The position numbers and the translations under genes are program-made. From Octopus vulgaris (taxonomy: Eukaryota): 64,000 nucleotides of DNA. The notes under the pieces are model-generated. The model ran no database searches. It was not told the DNA's origin and saw only the letters and a list, made by a program, of their open reading frames with translations. Below, piece by piece: positions 63,421 to 64,000 of the stretch (position 1 is its first letter; each line of letters begins with the position of its first letter). The DNA lies in assembly GCA_951406725.2 (NCBI GenBank), contig OX597817.1:24800001-24864000 (forward strand), written 5' to 3'.

Positions 63421-64000
63421 CAAGAACACACACTCACACATGAATCATAAACTCCGTATTTTTGTACGTATTTCGCAAAAAAAGAAAAAAAAAAAAAAAA
63501 AGAGAAGAAATTCTGGAAAAAGTGAAGATAATTTCGATGGTAGTAAACCCGGACGGAAAATACATACGAGCAATGTTTATTTGTGGCTACACATACATAC
63601 ACAATGGAATGACAAACAGAATGGTTGGTGTGTAAGGGCCATGGCCTTCTACGCTATGGTCCTATCTGCTAGCTGACCTGTAGCATAAGATAGAGCCAGA
63701 CAAGTTATGTCCTCAAAGTTTGTGTGTCCATGCATAAACAGAGAAAGAGATGAGCTCAAGTGTCTGAAACTCAATGTTGTGTAACGCCCTCTCGCAGTAT
63801 GGCCAGCTTAGTTACCCACTGTCAAGGGGGGTAATGCACCTGTATGTTCAACTGTTGAGCCCCCAACGCTAAAAATAACAGCCAACTCCCAATATCAGCA
63901 GTCATGTACAGCGCGTAGCAGTTAGTAAATCAGCTCAAGTACAAATAGCAACAGTGCTTTCTACGTTTCCAAACTTCCAGACCTCACCTTTACACCGAAT

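Overview
AT-rich, microsatellite- and repeat-saturated animal genomic DNA, most likely octopus/cephalopod (inferred from the tRNA-derived SINE families, not proven). No intact protein-coding gene is visible; nearly all ORFs in the track are read-through of SINEs or microsatellites. The window is a nested mosaic of at least five SINE-like families, decayed LINEs (RTE, CR1, HERO-like and R4-like RLE elements), Penelope-like elements, non-autonomous Helitrons, hAT and mariner MITEs, an internally deleted Crypton (tyrosine-recombinase) element with an unusual terminal hairpin, and a ~156-bp tandem array. The left ~40 kb appears CpG-poor and may be the body of a minus-strand host gene with a first exon/promoter near 40.6-41.1 kb. 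The main result of the hunt is a set of self-cleaving-RNA candidates. Besides ordinary Penelope-type hammerheads and a G3:C8 core variant, five loci in two unrelated element types contain hammerhead core segments in a NON-circularly permuted order (NUH-stem I ... GAAA ... CUGANGA). They show compensatory stem changes and an extra helix, joined to stem III by a kink-turn-like or bulged junction, which would imply a pseudoknotted hammerhead architecture. All folds were read by eye and are untested.
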